A DNA stretch of 54,452 nt from an uncultured Ectothiorhodospiraceae bacterium (GCA_964564245.1 CAZMAK010000008.1:6235-60686), one strand, 5' to 3'; shown: positions 41,047 to 52,158, counted from the stretch's first letter. Program-made: numbers and translations. The notes: generated by a model from the letters alone, not told the origin.

Positions 41047-42162
41047 CTATTTCAGCCGGTTATAATGTCCGCCGGGACTGGAGGCAACGTAGCCGGCCAG
41101 TTCGAGTTGCAGCAGCATGGAGGAAACTTCCGCCGGCGTCAATCCACTTCTGTCGACCAGCCGATCGACAGGAATGTCCTCAAATCCCATAAATTCAAGA
41201 AGTTGCAGGTATTCCTCGGCCGGTTGCCAGGACGCCTCGGTGTAGGCGTCCGCCCGGGGCCGGGTCTGTGTGCAGCTGGCGGCAAGCGGCCCCAGTTCGT
41301 CGATGATGTCCTGGGCGGTCTCCACCAGCTTGGCGCCCTGCCGGATGAGGGCGTGGCAGCCGCGGGCCAGGGTGTTATGGATGGAGCCCGGGATGGCAAA
41401 TACCTCGCGGCCCTGTTCCGTGGCGAGCCGGGCGCTGATCAGTGAGCCGGAGCGCAGGGCGGCCTCCACCACCAGTGTGCCCAGACTGAGTCCGCTGATG
41501 ATGCGGTTTCGCCGCGGAAAGTTTTCCGCCAGGGGCGGGGTGCCGACCGGGAATTCCGAAACCAGCGCACCCTGTTCGGCAATCCGCCTGGCCAGTGAGC
41601 GGTTGGCGGCAGGATAGACCCGGTCCAGGCCGGTTCCCATCACGGCGATGGTCGGGCCGTCCGCGTCCAGTGCGCCCTGGTGGCTGGCGGTATCGATGCC
41701 CAGCGCCAGTCCGCTGGTGATGACCAGACCGGCAGCGGACAGGTGGCGGGCGAAGTCGGTGGCGGTCCCGCGTCCGGAGGGTGTCGGGTTGCGGCTGCCC
41801 ACCATGGCAAGCTGGGGTACCGTCAGCAGGGCCGGGTCGCCGTGTACGTAGAGCAGGGGCGGCGCATCGGGTAATTGGGACAGCAGGACGGGATAGTCCG
41901 GATCCGTACAGGGGATGAGGTGATTGCCGGGTTGTCCGAGCCATTCCAGGTCCCGGTCCAGGGTGGCCTGGTCCGGGTGGCGCAGCGCATGGATGTCCTG
42001 CTGTGACAGCCCCAGCTGGCGCAGCGTCCCGGTGTCGGCGGCCAGCACGGCGGCGGGATCGCCAAGGTGGCGCAGTAACCGGTGAAAGGAGACGACACCA
42101 ATGCCGTCAGCGTGGTACAGGACCAGCCATTGCTCGAGGGAGCCGGGTGCGTGCGTTGCCAT
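41047..42162 (-). CDS. dprA: DNA-processing protein DprA
   Basis: AMVGSRN, TSGLALGID, FPRRNRIISGLS, SGSLISA, GREVFAIPGSI; start ATG 42162. Confidence 0.96.
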   Translation of the reverse strand: MATHAPGSLEQWLVLYHADGIGVVSFHRLLRHLGDPAAVLAADTGTLRQLGLSQQDIHALRHPDQATLDRDLEWLGQPGNHLIPCTDPDYPVLLSQLPDAPPLLYVHGDPALLTVPQLAMVGSRNPTPSGRGTATDFARHLSAAGLVITSGLALGIDTASHQGALDADGPTIAVMGTGLDRVYPAANRSLARRIAEQGALVSEFPVGTPPLAENFPRRNRIISGLSLGTLVVEAALRSGSLISARLATEQGREVFAIPGSIHNTLARGCHALIRQGAKLVETAQDIIDELGPLAASCTQTRPRADAYTEASWQPAEEYLQLLEFMGFEDIPVDRLVDRSGLTPAEVSSMLLQLELAGYVASSPGGHYNRLK

Positions 42163-42244
42163 GTTCCGGCAACTATAACGCAACCGCGGCCGGTGGTTTG
42201 TCGGCGTTATGCCGGCACCGGCCGCAGTGGTGTCTTACGGTGTG

Positions 42245-43273
42245 TCAGGGTGTGCGGACGTAATCGTTGACGTGAATCGCGCGTGTCGCGGACATGATCA
42301 GGCCGTAACTGACCTTCTCGAAGGTCTTGAATACCATGACGATGCCGGCCTCTTCATCGGGCAGCCGGACCTTGTCGCCGGACTTGCCGCTGACCGTGTC
42401 ACGAACCACCTTGCCGTGCTGGAAGACGCGCAGGACACTGCCGACCTCCATGCCGTTCCGTTCGCCGAGATCCAGTGCAACCACGTTGAACTGGCCGATC
42501 TCGGTCACGCCGTCGACGACCGATATGATGTGGCCATCCGAGCCGGGTGGCGCGGCGTGCGGCTGGAAGTGGGTCTGGACCTCGCTGCGGTCGGTCGGGC
42601 GCAACCGGTCGCCGATGCGGGCCTCGCGCGCGGTCTTGAGCAGTTTGATTGTGGCGGGGTCGCCGTAATGCTGGACCGGACCGGTACCGACGTACAGGGC
42701 CTCGTAGCCCAGCACTTCCCCGGTGTCCGGGTTGACCAGCGGGCCGCCGGGCTCGTAGACATCGTACAGGGCGTAGTCACGGTTGTTGATACCGCGGACG
42801 TAGACCCGGTCACCGGCGCCGGTAACCACGTGTTCATCCGCGCTCTCGACGATATAGGGGGCATCATCCAGTTCGCCTTTCTGTACCACGATGGCGCGCG
42901 TGAGGAATTGCTTGATGGCGTCCACGGGAATGGTGGGTATGGCGTTCTCGAGGCTTTCCGTTCGCACCTGTGGTGACAGGTGGACGGTGCCGTCATCGGC
43001 ACGCCGGATCTGCGGCTTGCCGTCCACGTACACCAGGTTGAGTGTGTCACCCGGGTAGATCAGGTGCGGATTGGCCACTTGCGGGTTGACGTACCAGACC
43101 TCGGGCCACAGCCAGGGATCGCGCAGGAATCGGGCGGATATGTCCCACAGGGTGTCGCCCTTGACGACCGTGTAGCTATCCGGGTGATTTGGGTTGAGCA
43201 CCACGTCGGCTGCGAACAGCACGCCGGTCAGCAGGGCTGCGCAGACCACGGTGAGCAATTTCTTGATTGACAT
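42245..43273 (-). CDS. LysM peptidoglycan-binding protein (TsaP-like)
   Basis: Signal peptide, YTVVKGDTLWDIS...WLWPEVW..NP...NPHLIYPGD; between def and dprA. Confidence 0.92.
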   Translation of the reverse strand: MSIKKLLTVVCAALLTGVLFAADVVLNPNHPDSYTVVKGDTLWDISARFLRDPWLWPEVWYVNPQVANPHLIYPGDTLNLVYVDGKPQIRRADDGTVHLSPQVRTESLENAIPTIPVDAIKQFLTRAIVVQKGELDDAPYIVESADEHVVTGAGDRVYVRGINNRDYALYDVYEPGGPLVNPDTGEVLGYEALYVGTGPVQHYGDPATIKLLKTAREARIGDRLRPTDRSEVQTHFQPHAAPPGSDGHIISVVDGVTEIGQFNVVALDLGERNGMEVGSVLRVFQHGKVVRDTVSGKSGDKVRLPDEEAGIVMVFKTFEKVSYGLIMSATRAIHVNDYVRTP

Positions 43274-43478
43274 AGGCGTCCCTTGATGTCGAGTTACAAT
43301 GGGTTATTCCGGTATCCGGTACCAGCGCAAACTGTAGACGGGCGGCAGCAAGTCAGCGGCGAGTCTAGCTGAAAATCCACATGGAACAAAACCTTTTGAG
43401 GATTCCCGGGAATTGCCACCGGCGCTCTTTTCATACAGTATATTGGATACATATCTCCTGAATCGTGACGGCAATCAC

Positions 43479-44018
43479 ATGACTACCCTCAATATTCTGC
43501 ACTTCCCCGACCCGCGGCTGCGCAACGTTGCCAAGCCGGTGAAACGGGTGGATGACGCGATTCGTCAGCTGGCCGAAGACATGCTGGAAACCATGTATGC
43601 GGCGCCTGGTATCGGCCTTGCCGCCACGCAGGTCAATGTCGATAAACGCATCGTCGTGATCGATATATCGGAAGAAAAGAACCAGCCTTTATGCCTGATT
43701 AACCCGGAGATCCTGGAACTGGACGGAGTCGAGGAAATGGAAGAGGGCTGCCTGTCCGTGCCGGGCTTCTACGAACGGGTGCAGCGGGCCGAACGGGTGC
43801 GTATCCGGGCGCTGGACCGTGAGGGCCAGTCATTCGAACTGGAGACAGACGGGCTGCTGGCGGTCTGCATCCAGCACGAGATCGATCACCTCGACGGAAA
43901 GCTGTTCGTGGACTACCTCTCCCAGCTCAAGCGTACCCGGATCCGGAAAAAACTCGAAAAAGAGCAGCGCCAGGGTCCGGAAGACCCGGATGCCGACATC
44001 AGCAAGCGCGTCATCTGA
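43479..44018 (+). CDS. def: Peptide deformylase
   Basis: [24 protein letters not shown]. Confidence 0.98.
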   Translation: MTTLNILHFPDPRLRNVAKPVKRVDDAIRQLAEDMLETMYAAPGIGLAATQVNVDKRIVVIDISEEKNQPLCLINPEILELDGVEEMEEGCLSVPGFYERVQRAERVRIRALDREGQSFELETDGLLAVCIQHEIDHLDGKLFVDYLSQLKRTRIRKKLEKEQRQGPEDPDADISKRVI

Positions 44019-44107
44019 CCGCTGATGTGGCCGGTACGGGTGCATGGCCGGCCAGGCGCGGGTTGCCGCATGCAGGCCCCGCCGCGCAGCAGCCGGGTCC
44101 TGATCCG

Positions 44108-45040
44108 GTGAGAATCGTATTCGCCGGCACCCCGGAGTTTGCCGTTCCGCCGCTGCAGGCCCTGTTGCAGGGCGGGCATGACCCGGTTGCCGTGTATACC
44201 CAGCCGGACCGCCCCGCCGGGCGCGGCCGGCGGACGTCCGCCGGCCCGGTCAAGCAGCTTGCACTGCAGCACAACCTGCCCGTACACCAGCCGCTCACGC
44301 TGAAAACCGCCGAGGCGCAGGCCGAACTGGCCGCCCTGCGACCGGAGCTGCTGGTTGTCGTTGCCTACGGCCTGATATTGCCGGAGGAAATCCTCTCGAT
44401 CCCGCGCCTGGGCTGTATCAATATCCACGCCTCCCTGTTGCCGCGCTGGCGCGGTGCGGCGCCGATCCAGCGCGCCATCATGGCCGGTGATATCGAGACC
44501 GGTGTATGCCTGATGCAGATGGAGGCAGGACTGGATACCGGCCCGGTGCTGGCCCGTGTGCGCACTGCAATCGGTGATACGGAAACCGGCAGTCAGCTGC
44601 ATGACCGGCTGGCGCAGCTGGGGGCGCAATTACTGTCGGACAACCTGGATGCCGTGCTGCGACAGCAACTGGCCGCACGGCCGCAGGACGCTGCGCTGGC
44701 AACCTATGCACACAAGCTCGACAAGCGCGAAGCAGTGCTGGACTGGCGACAGGATGCGCCGGCACTGGCACGCAAGGTCCGCGCCTTCAATGCCTGGCCG
44801 GTGGCGGAAACCCGCTATGCGGGCAGGCAGCTGCGCATCTGGATGGCGTGCGCACGGAATGTGGACAGCGGGCAACCACCCGGAACGGTGTTGTCCGGCA
44901 CGCGTGCGGGTGTGGATGTGGCCTGTGGTTCCGGTGTGCTGCGGCTGCAGCAGCTGCAATTGCCTGGTGGGCGTGCGATGGCGGCGGTGGACTTCATCAA
45001 TGCCCACGCACTGGCAGGCAAACGGCTTGGTGAGGCCTGA
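44108..45040 (+). CDS. fmt: Methionyl-tRNA formyltransferase
   Basis: [43 protein letters not shown]; GTG start at 44108. Confidence 0.98.
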   Translation: MRIVFAGTPEFAVPPLQALLQGGHDPVAVYTQPDRPAGRGRRTSAGPVKQLALQHNLPVHQPLTLKTAEAQAELAALRPELLVVVAYGLILPEEILSIPRLGCINIHASLLPRWRGAAPIQRAIMAGDIETGVCLMQMEAGLDTGPVLARVRTAIGDTETGSQLHDRLAQLGAQLLSDNLDAVLRQQLAARPQDAALATYAHKLDKREAVLDWRQDAPALARKVRAFNAWPVAETRYAGRQLRIWMACARNVDSGQPPGTVLSGTRAGVDVACGSGVLRLQQLQLPGGRAMAAVDFINAHALAGKRLGEA

Positions 45041-45059
45041 TCCTCCGGTGATCCCGCGC

Positions 45060-46361
45060 ATGCTGTCTGATCCACGTGCGCTGGCCGCCAGCGTGGTCGC
45101 GCAGGTGCTCGATGGACATTCGCTGTCCGAGGTGCTGCCGCCGGCGCAGGCCGGGTGTGCGGACGACCGGGACGCCGCCCTGGTGCAGGAACTGGTGTTT
45201 GGTACGGTGCGCTGGTTTATCCGCCTGGATGCGTTGCTCGTGCAATTGCTGCGCAAGCCCTTGAAGGCGCGTGATGCCGACCTGCGCTGCCTGCTGCTGG
45301 TCGGCCTCTACCAGCTGGACCGGCTTGCACTGCCGGAGCGTGTTGCGGTCCATGAAACGGTGCAGGCGGTACGTGCCCTGGGCAAGGACTGGGCCAGCGG
45401 GCTGGCCAACGCAGTGTTGCGCGGCTTTCAGCGCCGTCGCAGTGAACTGGCGCAGGCCGTCACGACCAGTCCGGGGCTGCGCCACGCGTATCCGGACTGG
45501 CTGGCGGAGCTGCTGCAGGCGGACTGGCCGGACCGGTATGAACAGATCCTGGAAGCCGGCAACCAGCGGCCGCCACTTGCCCTGCGGGTCAATCGACGCA
45601 GGATGACGCGTTGCGAGTATCTCGACCTGCTGCAGCTGCAGGGGATCGGTGCGGTACCCGTCCCGGGCACCGGGGAAGGTATCCGTCTGGACACCCCGCT
45701 GGCGGTTGCACGCCTGCCGGGATTTTTCGCCGGGGACGTGTCGGTGCAGGATGGTGCCGCGCAACTGGCCGCGGGACTGCTCGACGTGCATTCCGGCATG
45801 CGGGTGCTCGATGCCTGTGCGGCGCCGGGCGGCAAGACGGCACACCTGCTGGAACGCTACCCGGATCTTGCACTGACCGCGCTGGATATCGATGCGCAGC
45901 GCTTGCTGCGGGTACGGGAAAACCTGGACCGGCTCGGCCTGGAGGCCGGCCTGCAGGTTGCCGATGCCGGCCAGCCCGGGCAGTGGTGGGACGGCCGGAC
46001 GTTCGACCGTATCCTGCTGGATGCGCCCTGTACCGGAACCGGAGTGATACGGCGACATCCCGACATCAAGTTGCTGCGTCGGGCGACGGATATCGCTGCA
46101 CTGGTGCAACGTCAGGCGGAACTGCTAAATGCATTGTGGCCCTTGCTGTCGCCAGGCGGTATGCTGCTATATTGCACGTGCTCGGTACTCAAGGCGGAAA
46201 ACAGCCGGCAGATAACGGGCTTTCTCGGGACACACACCGATGCCGCCGAGAGTCCGGTCACTTCAGGCCCGACCGGTGGCAATGAGACTGGCAGGCAGAT
46301 AATGCCGGGCGAAAACGGGATGGACGGGTTTTACTACGCATGCTTACACAAGGCCGTCTAG
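45060..46361 (+). CDS. rsmB: 16S rRNA m5C967 methyltransferase RsmB
   Basis: NusB-like N-terminal domain, VQDGAAQ, LDACAAPGGKT, LLDAPCTGTGVIRRHPDI, YCTCS, DGFYYA. Confidence 0.97.
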   Translation: MLSDPRALAASVVAQVLDGHSLSEVLPPAQAGCADDRDAALVQELVFGTVRWFIRLDALLVQLLRKPLKARDADLRCLLLVGLYQLDRLALPERVAVHETVQAVRALGKDWASGLANAVLRGFQRRRSELAQAVTTSPGLRHAYPDWLAELLQADWPDRYEQILEAGNQRPPLALRVNRRRMTRCEYLDLLQLQGIGAVPVPGTGEGIRLDTPLAVARLPGFFAGDVSVQDGAAQLAAGLLDVHSGMRVLDACAAPGGKTAHLLERYPDLALTALDIDAQRLLRVRENLDRLGLEAGLQVADAGQPGQWWDGRTFDRILLDAPCTGTGVIRRHPDIKLLRRATDIAALVQRQAELLNALWPLLSPGGMLLYCTCSVLKAENSRQITGFLGTHTDAAESPVTSGPTGGNETGRQIMPGENGMDGFYYACLHKAV

Positions 46362-46954
46362 CCGGGAATTCATATGCTCCTGCGTCGGGCGGCACGATCC
46401 TGTGGCGCTGGCTTGCCCTGTTGTTGTCCCTGCTATGCGCCATGGCGGCGTATGCCGATGATGCCGGCAAATTCTCCGTGCTCGATGCGCACAGCCGCTC
46501 GATCGGCGGTGTGCAGCTGCTGGACGCCCGCTTTGCCATCCGGCTCAGTCACGGTGCCAGCGAGGCACTCGATAACGGTGTGCCGCTGACCTTCGAGTTC
46601 CAGGTACAGCTGGTCAAGCAGCACAAGTGGCTGTGGGACGTGGTCGAGACCGAACATGTCGTGGTCCGTCAGCTGCAGTATCACGCCCTCAGCCGCAGCT
46701 ACCTGGTCCGGACCACGGGCGGTACCGGCACCCAGGGAAGCTACAGCCAGCTGCAGGATGCACTGACGGCGGTCGGCAGTATCGACAGGTTGCTGGTCAC
46801 CAGTCAGCCGCTGGAGGCCGGTCTCAAATACTACATCCGCCTGCGCGGCAGCCTGGACATCGAGGAACTGCCCACCCCGGTTCGCCTGCTCGCCTATGTG
46901 TCCTCTGACTGGGATATGGACAGCGAGTGGTACACATGGCCGATCGACCGGTAA
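46340..46954 (+). CDS. DUF4390 domain exported protein
   Basis: Signal peptide, EALDNGVPL.F, LQYHALS..Y, LD.EELP.P; between rsmB and ntrY; start uncertain. Confidence 0.85.
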   Translation: MLTQGRLAGNSYAPASGGTILWRWLALLLSLLCAMAAYADDAGKFSVLDAHSRSIGGVQLLDARFAIRLSHGASEALDNGVPLTFEFQVQLVKQHKWLWDVVETEHVVVRQLQYHALSRSYLVRTTGGTGTQGSYSQLQDALTAVGSIDRLLVTSQPLEAGLKYYIRLRGSLDIEELPTPVRLLAYVSSDWDMDSEWYTWPIDR

Positions 46955-49170
46955 AGCGTATCGGGTTTGGCATGTTGCCCATGCTGGGGCTGTTCGCGCT
47001 CCTGCTCGTTTCGCTCTCGTTCATGAGCGATGCCACCCACAACTCGGACCGTTTCGGCGAGATGTATTCCATCCTGCTGGTGGTCAATGCGGCCGGACTG
47101 CTGGTACTCGGCGTCCTGGTGGTGGTGAACATCATCCGGCTGATCCGGCAACAGCGTCTCAAGGTACCCGGCGCGCGCATGACCAGTCGCCTGGTCGTCA
47201 TGTTCGTGATCCTGTCGGTGGTGCCGGTCTCGGTGGTCTACTATTTCTCGCTGCAGTTCCTGCAACGCGGTATCGACAGCTGGTTCGATGTGCGTATCGA
47301 GCAGGGACTCAATGACGCACTGGAGCTCAGCCGTGCCGCGCTCGATGTACGTCTGCGCGACGTACTGCAGCTGACGGTGCGCATGGCGGACGAGCTTTCG
47401 GATGCCGAACCGGCGACCCTGTCACTGACGCTGTACGACCTGCGCGTGCGCAGCGGGGCGGCCGAGCTGACCCTGATCGGCAGTGACGGGCGTATCGTCG
47501 CATCCAGCAGTTCGGAGGTTTCGAAGCTGATACCCACCCAGCCGCCCAGCGAAATCCTGCTGCTGTTGCAGAACCGCCGCCATTATATCGGACTGGACCC
47601 GGTCGGAGACGCCGGTCTGTTTGCGCGGGCGCTGGTGCCGGTGCTGTCGGCCCGGGCCGATGGCGAGGTCTATACCCTGCAGGCATTATTCGAGGTATCG
47701 GAGCGCTTCAGCACGCTGGCGGACAGCGTGCAGGAATCCTTCACCCACTACCGTGAACTCAAATACCTGCGTACCCCGCTCAAGTTCAGCTATACGCTGA
47801 CCCTGTCGATCGTGCTGGTGCTGAGCCTGCTGGCGGCGATCTGGGCCGCCTTTCACTCGGCACGTCGCCTGGTAGCGCCGGTGCGCGACCTGGCTGAGGC
47901 CACCCACGCCGTCGCCGAGGGTGATTACAGCAAGCGCCTGTCGGTTGCCAGTGACGATGAACTCGGTTTCCTGGTGCGTTCCTTCAATGACATGACGCGG
48001 CGTCTGGCCAAGTCGCGTGAACAGGCGAATCGCGGGCAGCGGCTGATCGAAGGGCAGCGCGCCTACCTGGAGGCGGTGCTGGCCACGCTGTCCTCCGGCG
48101 TGATCAGCCTGGGCATGGACGGTGTCATTCGCGCGGTCAACCGTACCGCCACGCAATGCCTGGGTATCGAGATCAAGGACTATCTGGGCAAGGACATCGG
48201 CACGGTTGCCGCTGATCATGCCTTTCTGGAGCCGTTCGTCGAGGCCGTCAGCCGGCATCGCGTGAGCAACAGCCAGTCGTGGCAGGAAGAGGTCGCGTTG
48301 TTCGGTGAGCACGGGCGACAGGTGCTGATCTGCCGCGGGGCGCAGCTGCATAGTTCCGGCCGGCGTGGCGGCGGCATGGTGATCGTGATCGATGACGTGA
48401 CGGTCCTGCTGCAGGCACAGCGCAATGCCGCCTGGGGTGAGGTCGCGCGCCGCCTGGCACACGAAATCAAGAACCCGCTGACACCGATACAGCTCTCTGC
48501 CGAGCGCCTGCGCCGGCGTTACCTGAACGTCATGCCGGCGGAAGACGCCGAAATCCTGGACCGGTCGACGCGTACCATCGTGAACCAGGTCGAGGCCATG
48601 AAGAAAATGGTCAATGCCTTCAGTGAGTATGCGCGTGTACCGCAGATCAGCCTGGAACCCATGGATCTGCATCAGTTGATCCAGGAGGTGCTGGACCTGT
48701 ACCGCAGCAACGACCCGTCGGTGGAACTGGTAGAGCACCTGGAGGCAAGGCAGTCCGTGATCGACGGCGATGCGGGGCGATTGCGCCAGTTATTGCATAA
48801 CCTGCTGAAAAATTCTCTCGAGGCCTGCAGGGACACGGAGCATGTACGCATTGTCGTGGCCACGCGCAACGAGGATGGTTCCGGTCACGAACACGTGGTA
48901 TTGACCATTACCGATAATGGTCCCGGTTTTGCGCCCGGCATCATGGAAGACCTGTTTGAGCCCTACGTTTCCACAAAGCCGCGCGGCAGCGGTCTCGGTC
49001 TGGCCATTGTCAAGAAGATTGTCGAGGAACACTCGGGCACCATCGGTGCGGATACGCTTGAGTCCGGTGGCGCGCAGATCACGATACGGTGGCTGCAGTC
49101 CACGGGCCATCCGGTGCGCGGCCCAGGCAGCGCGAAGATTACGGAACCGGCCGCCGGTAGTGGGCTATAA
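46936..49170 (+). CDS. NtrY-like sensor histidine kinase (TM, HAMP, PAS, HisKA, HATPase)
   Basis: GIDSWF, HAMP DELG.LV.SFN.MT, AWGEVARRLAHEIKNPLTPIQLSAERL, DNGPG, GSGLGLAIV. Confidence 0.93.
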   Translation: MADRPVKRIGFGMLPMLGLFALLLVSLSFMSDATHNSDRFGEMYSILLVVNAAGLLVLGVLVVVNIIRLIRQQRLKVPGARMTSRLVVMFVILSVVPVSVVYYFSLQFLQRGIDSWFDVRIEQGLNDALELSRAALDVRLRDVLQLTVRMADELSDAEPATLSLTLYDLRVRSGAAELTLIGSDGRIVASSSSEVSKLIPTQPPSEILLLLQNRRHYIGLDPVGDAGLFARALVPVLSARADGEVYTLQALFEVSERFSTLADSVQESFTHYRELKYLRTPLKFSYTLTLSIVLVLSLLAAIWAAFHSARRLVAPVRDLAEATHAVAEGDYSKRLSVASDDELGFLVRSFNDMTRRLAKSREQANRGQRLIEGQRAYLEAVLATLSSGVISLGMDGVIRAVNRTATQCLGIEIKDYLGKDIGTVAADHAFLEPFVEAVSRHRVSNSQSWQEEVALFGEHGRQVLICRGAQLHSSGRRGGGMVIVIDDVTVLLQAQRNAAWGEVARRLAHEIKNPLTPIQLSAERLRRRYLNVMPAEDAEILDRSTRTIVNQVEAMKKMVNAFSEYARVPQISLEPMDLHQLIQEVLDLYRSNDPSVELVEHLEARQSVIDGDAGRLRQLLHNLLKNSLEACRDTEHVRIVVATRNEDGSGHEHVVLTITDNGPGFAPGIMEDLFEPYVSTKPRGSGLGLAIVKKIVEEHSGTIGADTLESGGAQITIRWLQSTGHPVRGPGSAKITEPAAGSGL

Positions 49171-49248
49171 TCACTCCCCCGGAACCGGCGTGCAGGATAT
49201 CTGCCCCGGCAGGCAGGTACACGTACACAATGGTACGGAACAGCACGA

Positions 49249-50619
49249 ATGGCAGGCCGACACATTCTGGTAGTAGACGACGAGCCCGATATCCGCAACC
49301 TGGTGCGTGATATCCTGGAGGACGAAGGCTATTCGGTCACCACCGCCGAGAGCGGTGACGCGGCACGCGAGGCTCGTCGCGCCCGGCGCCCCGACCTGAT
49401 CCTGCTGGATATCTGGATGGAAGACATCGACGGCATCTCGCTGCTGCGGGAATGGTCGGAGAGCGGCGACCTGCCGTGCCCGGTGGTCATGATGTCCGGT
49501 CATGGCACGGTGGAGACCGCCGTCGAGGCTACCCGGCTCGGGGCCTATGATTTCATCGAAAAGCCGATTTCACTGGCCAAGCTGCTGATTACGATAGAAC
49601 GGGCTTTCGAAAGTGACCGCCTGCAGCGCGAGAATACCGACCTGCGCGAGTTCGCCAAGCCGGTCATCGAGCCGGTGGGCAGGACCACGATCATGAACCA
49701 GCTGCGCAGCCAGGCGCGCAAGATCGCGCAGCATCCCGGCAGCGTGCTGATCAGCGGCGAATCCGGGTCAGGCATGCGCACGTTCGCACGCTATATCCAT
49801 GACCAGAGCCCGCGCCGCAGTGGCCCGTTTGTGGAAATCGCCGTCGGTTCCATATCGGAACAGAATTCCGCCGAGGAGCTGTTCGGACACGAGGACGGCA
49901 ACCGCGTGCATTACGGCCGCCTCGAACAGGCCAACGGCGGGACGCTCTGCATCGGCGACGTCGCTGACATGGACCTGCAGACCCAGGGGCGCCTGCTGAG
50001 TGTGCTGCAGACCCATACCTTCAGGCGCATCGGTGGCAGCGGGGACGTGGATGTCGACGTGCGGATGATCGCGACCACCCACCGCAACCTGGAAGAGGAA
50101 GTGGCGGCCGGCAGGTTCCGCGAGGATCTTTTTTATCATCTCAATGTCCTGCCGATGCGAATCCCGCCGTTGCGCGAGCACGAGGACGACGTGCACGAGC
50201 TGCTGAATTTCTATATCGATTACATGGTCAGCAACGAGCGGCTCCCCTACCGCCATTTCAGCGTTGCAGCACAGAATCGCCTGCGCAGTTACGCCTGGCC
50301 GGGCAATATCCGCGAGTTGAAGAACCTGGTGCAGCGCCTGCTCATCATGGGTTCCGGTGACGAAATCGGTGTGGAAGAGATCGATCACGCCATCAGTGCA
50401 CAGCAGGCCGTTCCGGAAGGCAGGTCTGCGCCCGCCCTTGCCTATGACATGCCGTTGCGGGAAGCGCGCGAGCAGTTCGAATACGATTACCTGGTACACC
50501 AGCTGGAGGCGGCCGGAGGCAGTATCGGCAAGCTGTCCAAACGGGTCGGCATGGAGCGCACACACCTGTACCGGAAGTTGCGCGCGCTTGGCATCGACCA
50601 CAAGAAAATCACCGAGTAG
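49249..50619 (+). CDS. NtrX-like response regulator (REC, degenerate AAA+, Fis-type HTH)
   Basis: ILVVDDE, LLDIW, MMSGHG, EKP; WPGNIRELKN; LREAREQFE, GMERTHLYRKL. Confidence 0.93.
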   Translation: MAGRHILVVDDEPDIRNLVRDILEDEGYSVTTAESGDAAREARRARRPDLILLDIWMEDIDGISLLREWSESGDLPCPVVMMSGHGTVETAVEATRLGAYDFIEKPISLAKLLITIERAFESDRLQRENTDLREFAKPVIEPVGRTTIMNQLRSQARKIAQHPGSVLISGESGSGMRTFARYIHDQSPRRSGPFVEIAVGSISEQNSAEELFGHEDGNRVHYGRLEQANGGTLCIGDVADMDLQTQGRLLSVLQTHTFRRIGGSGDVDVDVRMIATTHRNLEEEVAAGRFREDLFYHLNVLPMRIPPLREHEDDVHELLNFYIDYMVSNERLPYRHFSVAAQNRLRSYAWPGNIRELKNLVQRLLIMGSGDEIGVEEIDHAISAQQAVPEGRSAPALAYDMPLREAREQFEYDYLVHQLEAAGGSIGKLSKRVGMERTHLYRKLRALGIDHKKITE

Positions 50620-50668
50620 ACGGGCAGCCTGAACTGCCAGCCACGCCCGGCCCCGGAATGTTACTCCA

Positions 50669-52042
50669 GTGAAAATCGTCATCCTTGGTGCTGGTCAGGT
50701 GGGTGCGTCGGTCGCGGGCAATCTGGCGAGCGAGGCCAACGATATTACCGTGATTGATGACAATGCGGCCGTACTGCATGACCTGCAGGACCGGCTCGAC
50801 ATCCGGACGATTGTCGGACATGCATCACACCCGGAGACCCTGATGCAGGCCGGCGCAGACGATGCGGACATGATCATCGCCGTTACCCGCAGTGATGAAA
50901 CCAACATGATCGCCTGCCAGATCGCGTACACGCTGTTTCGCACGCCCACCAAGATTGCGCGGGTACGCTCCGTGGAGTACCTCAAGCACAATCGCCTGTT
51001 TGCACAGGCGGCGCTGCCGGTCGATGTGATCATCAGTCCCGAGCAGCTGGTTACGGATTACATCGAGCGCCTGATCGAGTACCCGGGTGCGCTGCAGGTG
51101 CTCGATTTCGCCGACGGGCGCGTGCAGCTGGTGGCGGTGCGTGCGCTGCGCGGAGGGCCGCTGGTCGGTCACGAGTTGCGGGACATCAGGCAGCACATGC
51201 CGGGTGTCGATGCGCGTGTCGCCGCGATCTTCCGCCGCGGCCGGGCGATCTCGCCGGAAGGTAACACCGTCGTCGAAACGGACGATGAGGTGTTCTTCCT
51301 GGCGGCGCGCAAGCATATCCACACCATGATCAGCGAGCTGCGCAAGCGGGACAATCCGGTCAGGCGCATCATGATTGCCGGCGGCGGGAATATCGGCATA
51401 CGCCTGGCAGCGGCGCTGGAAGGGCGTTACCGGGTCACCATCATCGAGCACAATTCCACACGCATCAAGCTGCTGTCCGAGCAGCTGAAACACGCCACCG
51501 TGCAGCAGGGCGATGCGGCCGACGAGGATCTGCTGCGGGATGAAGGCATCGAGAATACCGATGTTTTCTGTGCACTGACCAATGACGAGGAGGCGAACAT
51601 CCTGTCAGCCATGCTGGCCAAGCGGCTCGGTGCCAGCAAGGTGATGTCGCTGATCAATCGTGCGTCATACGTAAACCTGGTCCAGAGTGACGCGATTGAT
51701 GTAGCCATCTCACCCCAGCAGGCAACGATCGGAAGCCTGCTGACACACGTCAGGCGTGGTGATGTGGTCATGGTGCATTCCCTGCGCAAGGGCGCGGCTG
51801 AGGCGATCGAGGCGGTGGCCCACGGCAATCATACCAGTTCCCGGGTGGTCGGCCGGCCGATCGGCGAAATCAGGCTCCCTGCAGGGACCATGATCGGTGC
51901 CGTCGTGCGCGGTGAGGAGGTGATCATTGCGCATCATGATACGGTGATCGAGACCGATGACCACGTCATTCTGTTCCTGTCCGACAAGAAATCCATTGCG
52001 CAGGTGGAGAAACTGTTCCAGGTCGGCGTATCCTTTTTTTGA
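50669..52042 (+). CDS. trkA: Trk system potassium uptake protein TrkA
   Basis: MKIVILGAGQVG, DETNMIAC, second RCK domain IAGGGNIG, AEAIEAVAHG. Confidence 0.97.
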   Translation: MKIVILGAGQVGASVAGNLASEANDITVIDDNAAVLHDLQDRLDIRTIVGHASHPETLMQAGADDADMIIAVTRSDETNMIACQIAYTLFRTPTKIARVRSVEYLKHNRLFAQAALPVDVIISPEQLVTDYIERLIEYPGALQVLDFADGRVQLVAVRALRGGPLVGHELRDIRQHMPGVDARVAAIFRRGRAISPEGNTVVETDDEVFFLAARKHIHTMISELRKRDNPVRRIMIAGGGNIGIRLAAALEGRYRVTIIEHNSTRIKLLSEQLKHATVQQGDAADEDLLRDEGIENTDVFCALTNDEEANILSAMLAKRLGASKVMSLINRASYVNLVQSDAIDVAISPQQATIGSLLTHVRRGDVVMVHSLRKGAAEAIEAVAHGNHTSSRVVGRPIGEIRLPAGTMIGAVVRGEEVIIAHHDTVIETDDHVILFLSDKKSIAQVEKLFQVGVSFF

Positions 52043-52158
52043 GGGGTACAGGCAGGTAGCCGTGGCCGTCGATTGCGGTCCGGGTGCGTTGGCCGCCGCG
52101 GGCGGGTGCCGGTCCTGATGACGCACACCATTCCCGTGTAGCGGAGGTGCCCATTGCC

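Noticed and set aside
44556-45059. N-terminal extensions in the ORF track for rsmB, ubiB, lysA, xerC and DUF484 as fusions or frameshifts
   Set aside because: They come from upstream alternative start codons overlapping neighbouring genes; downstream starts give normal-length proteins.
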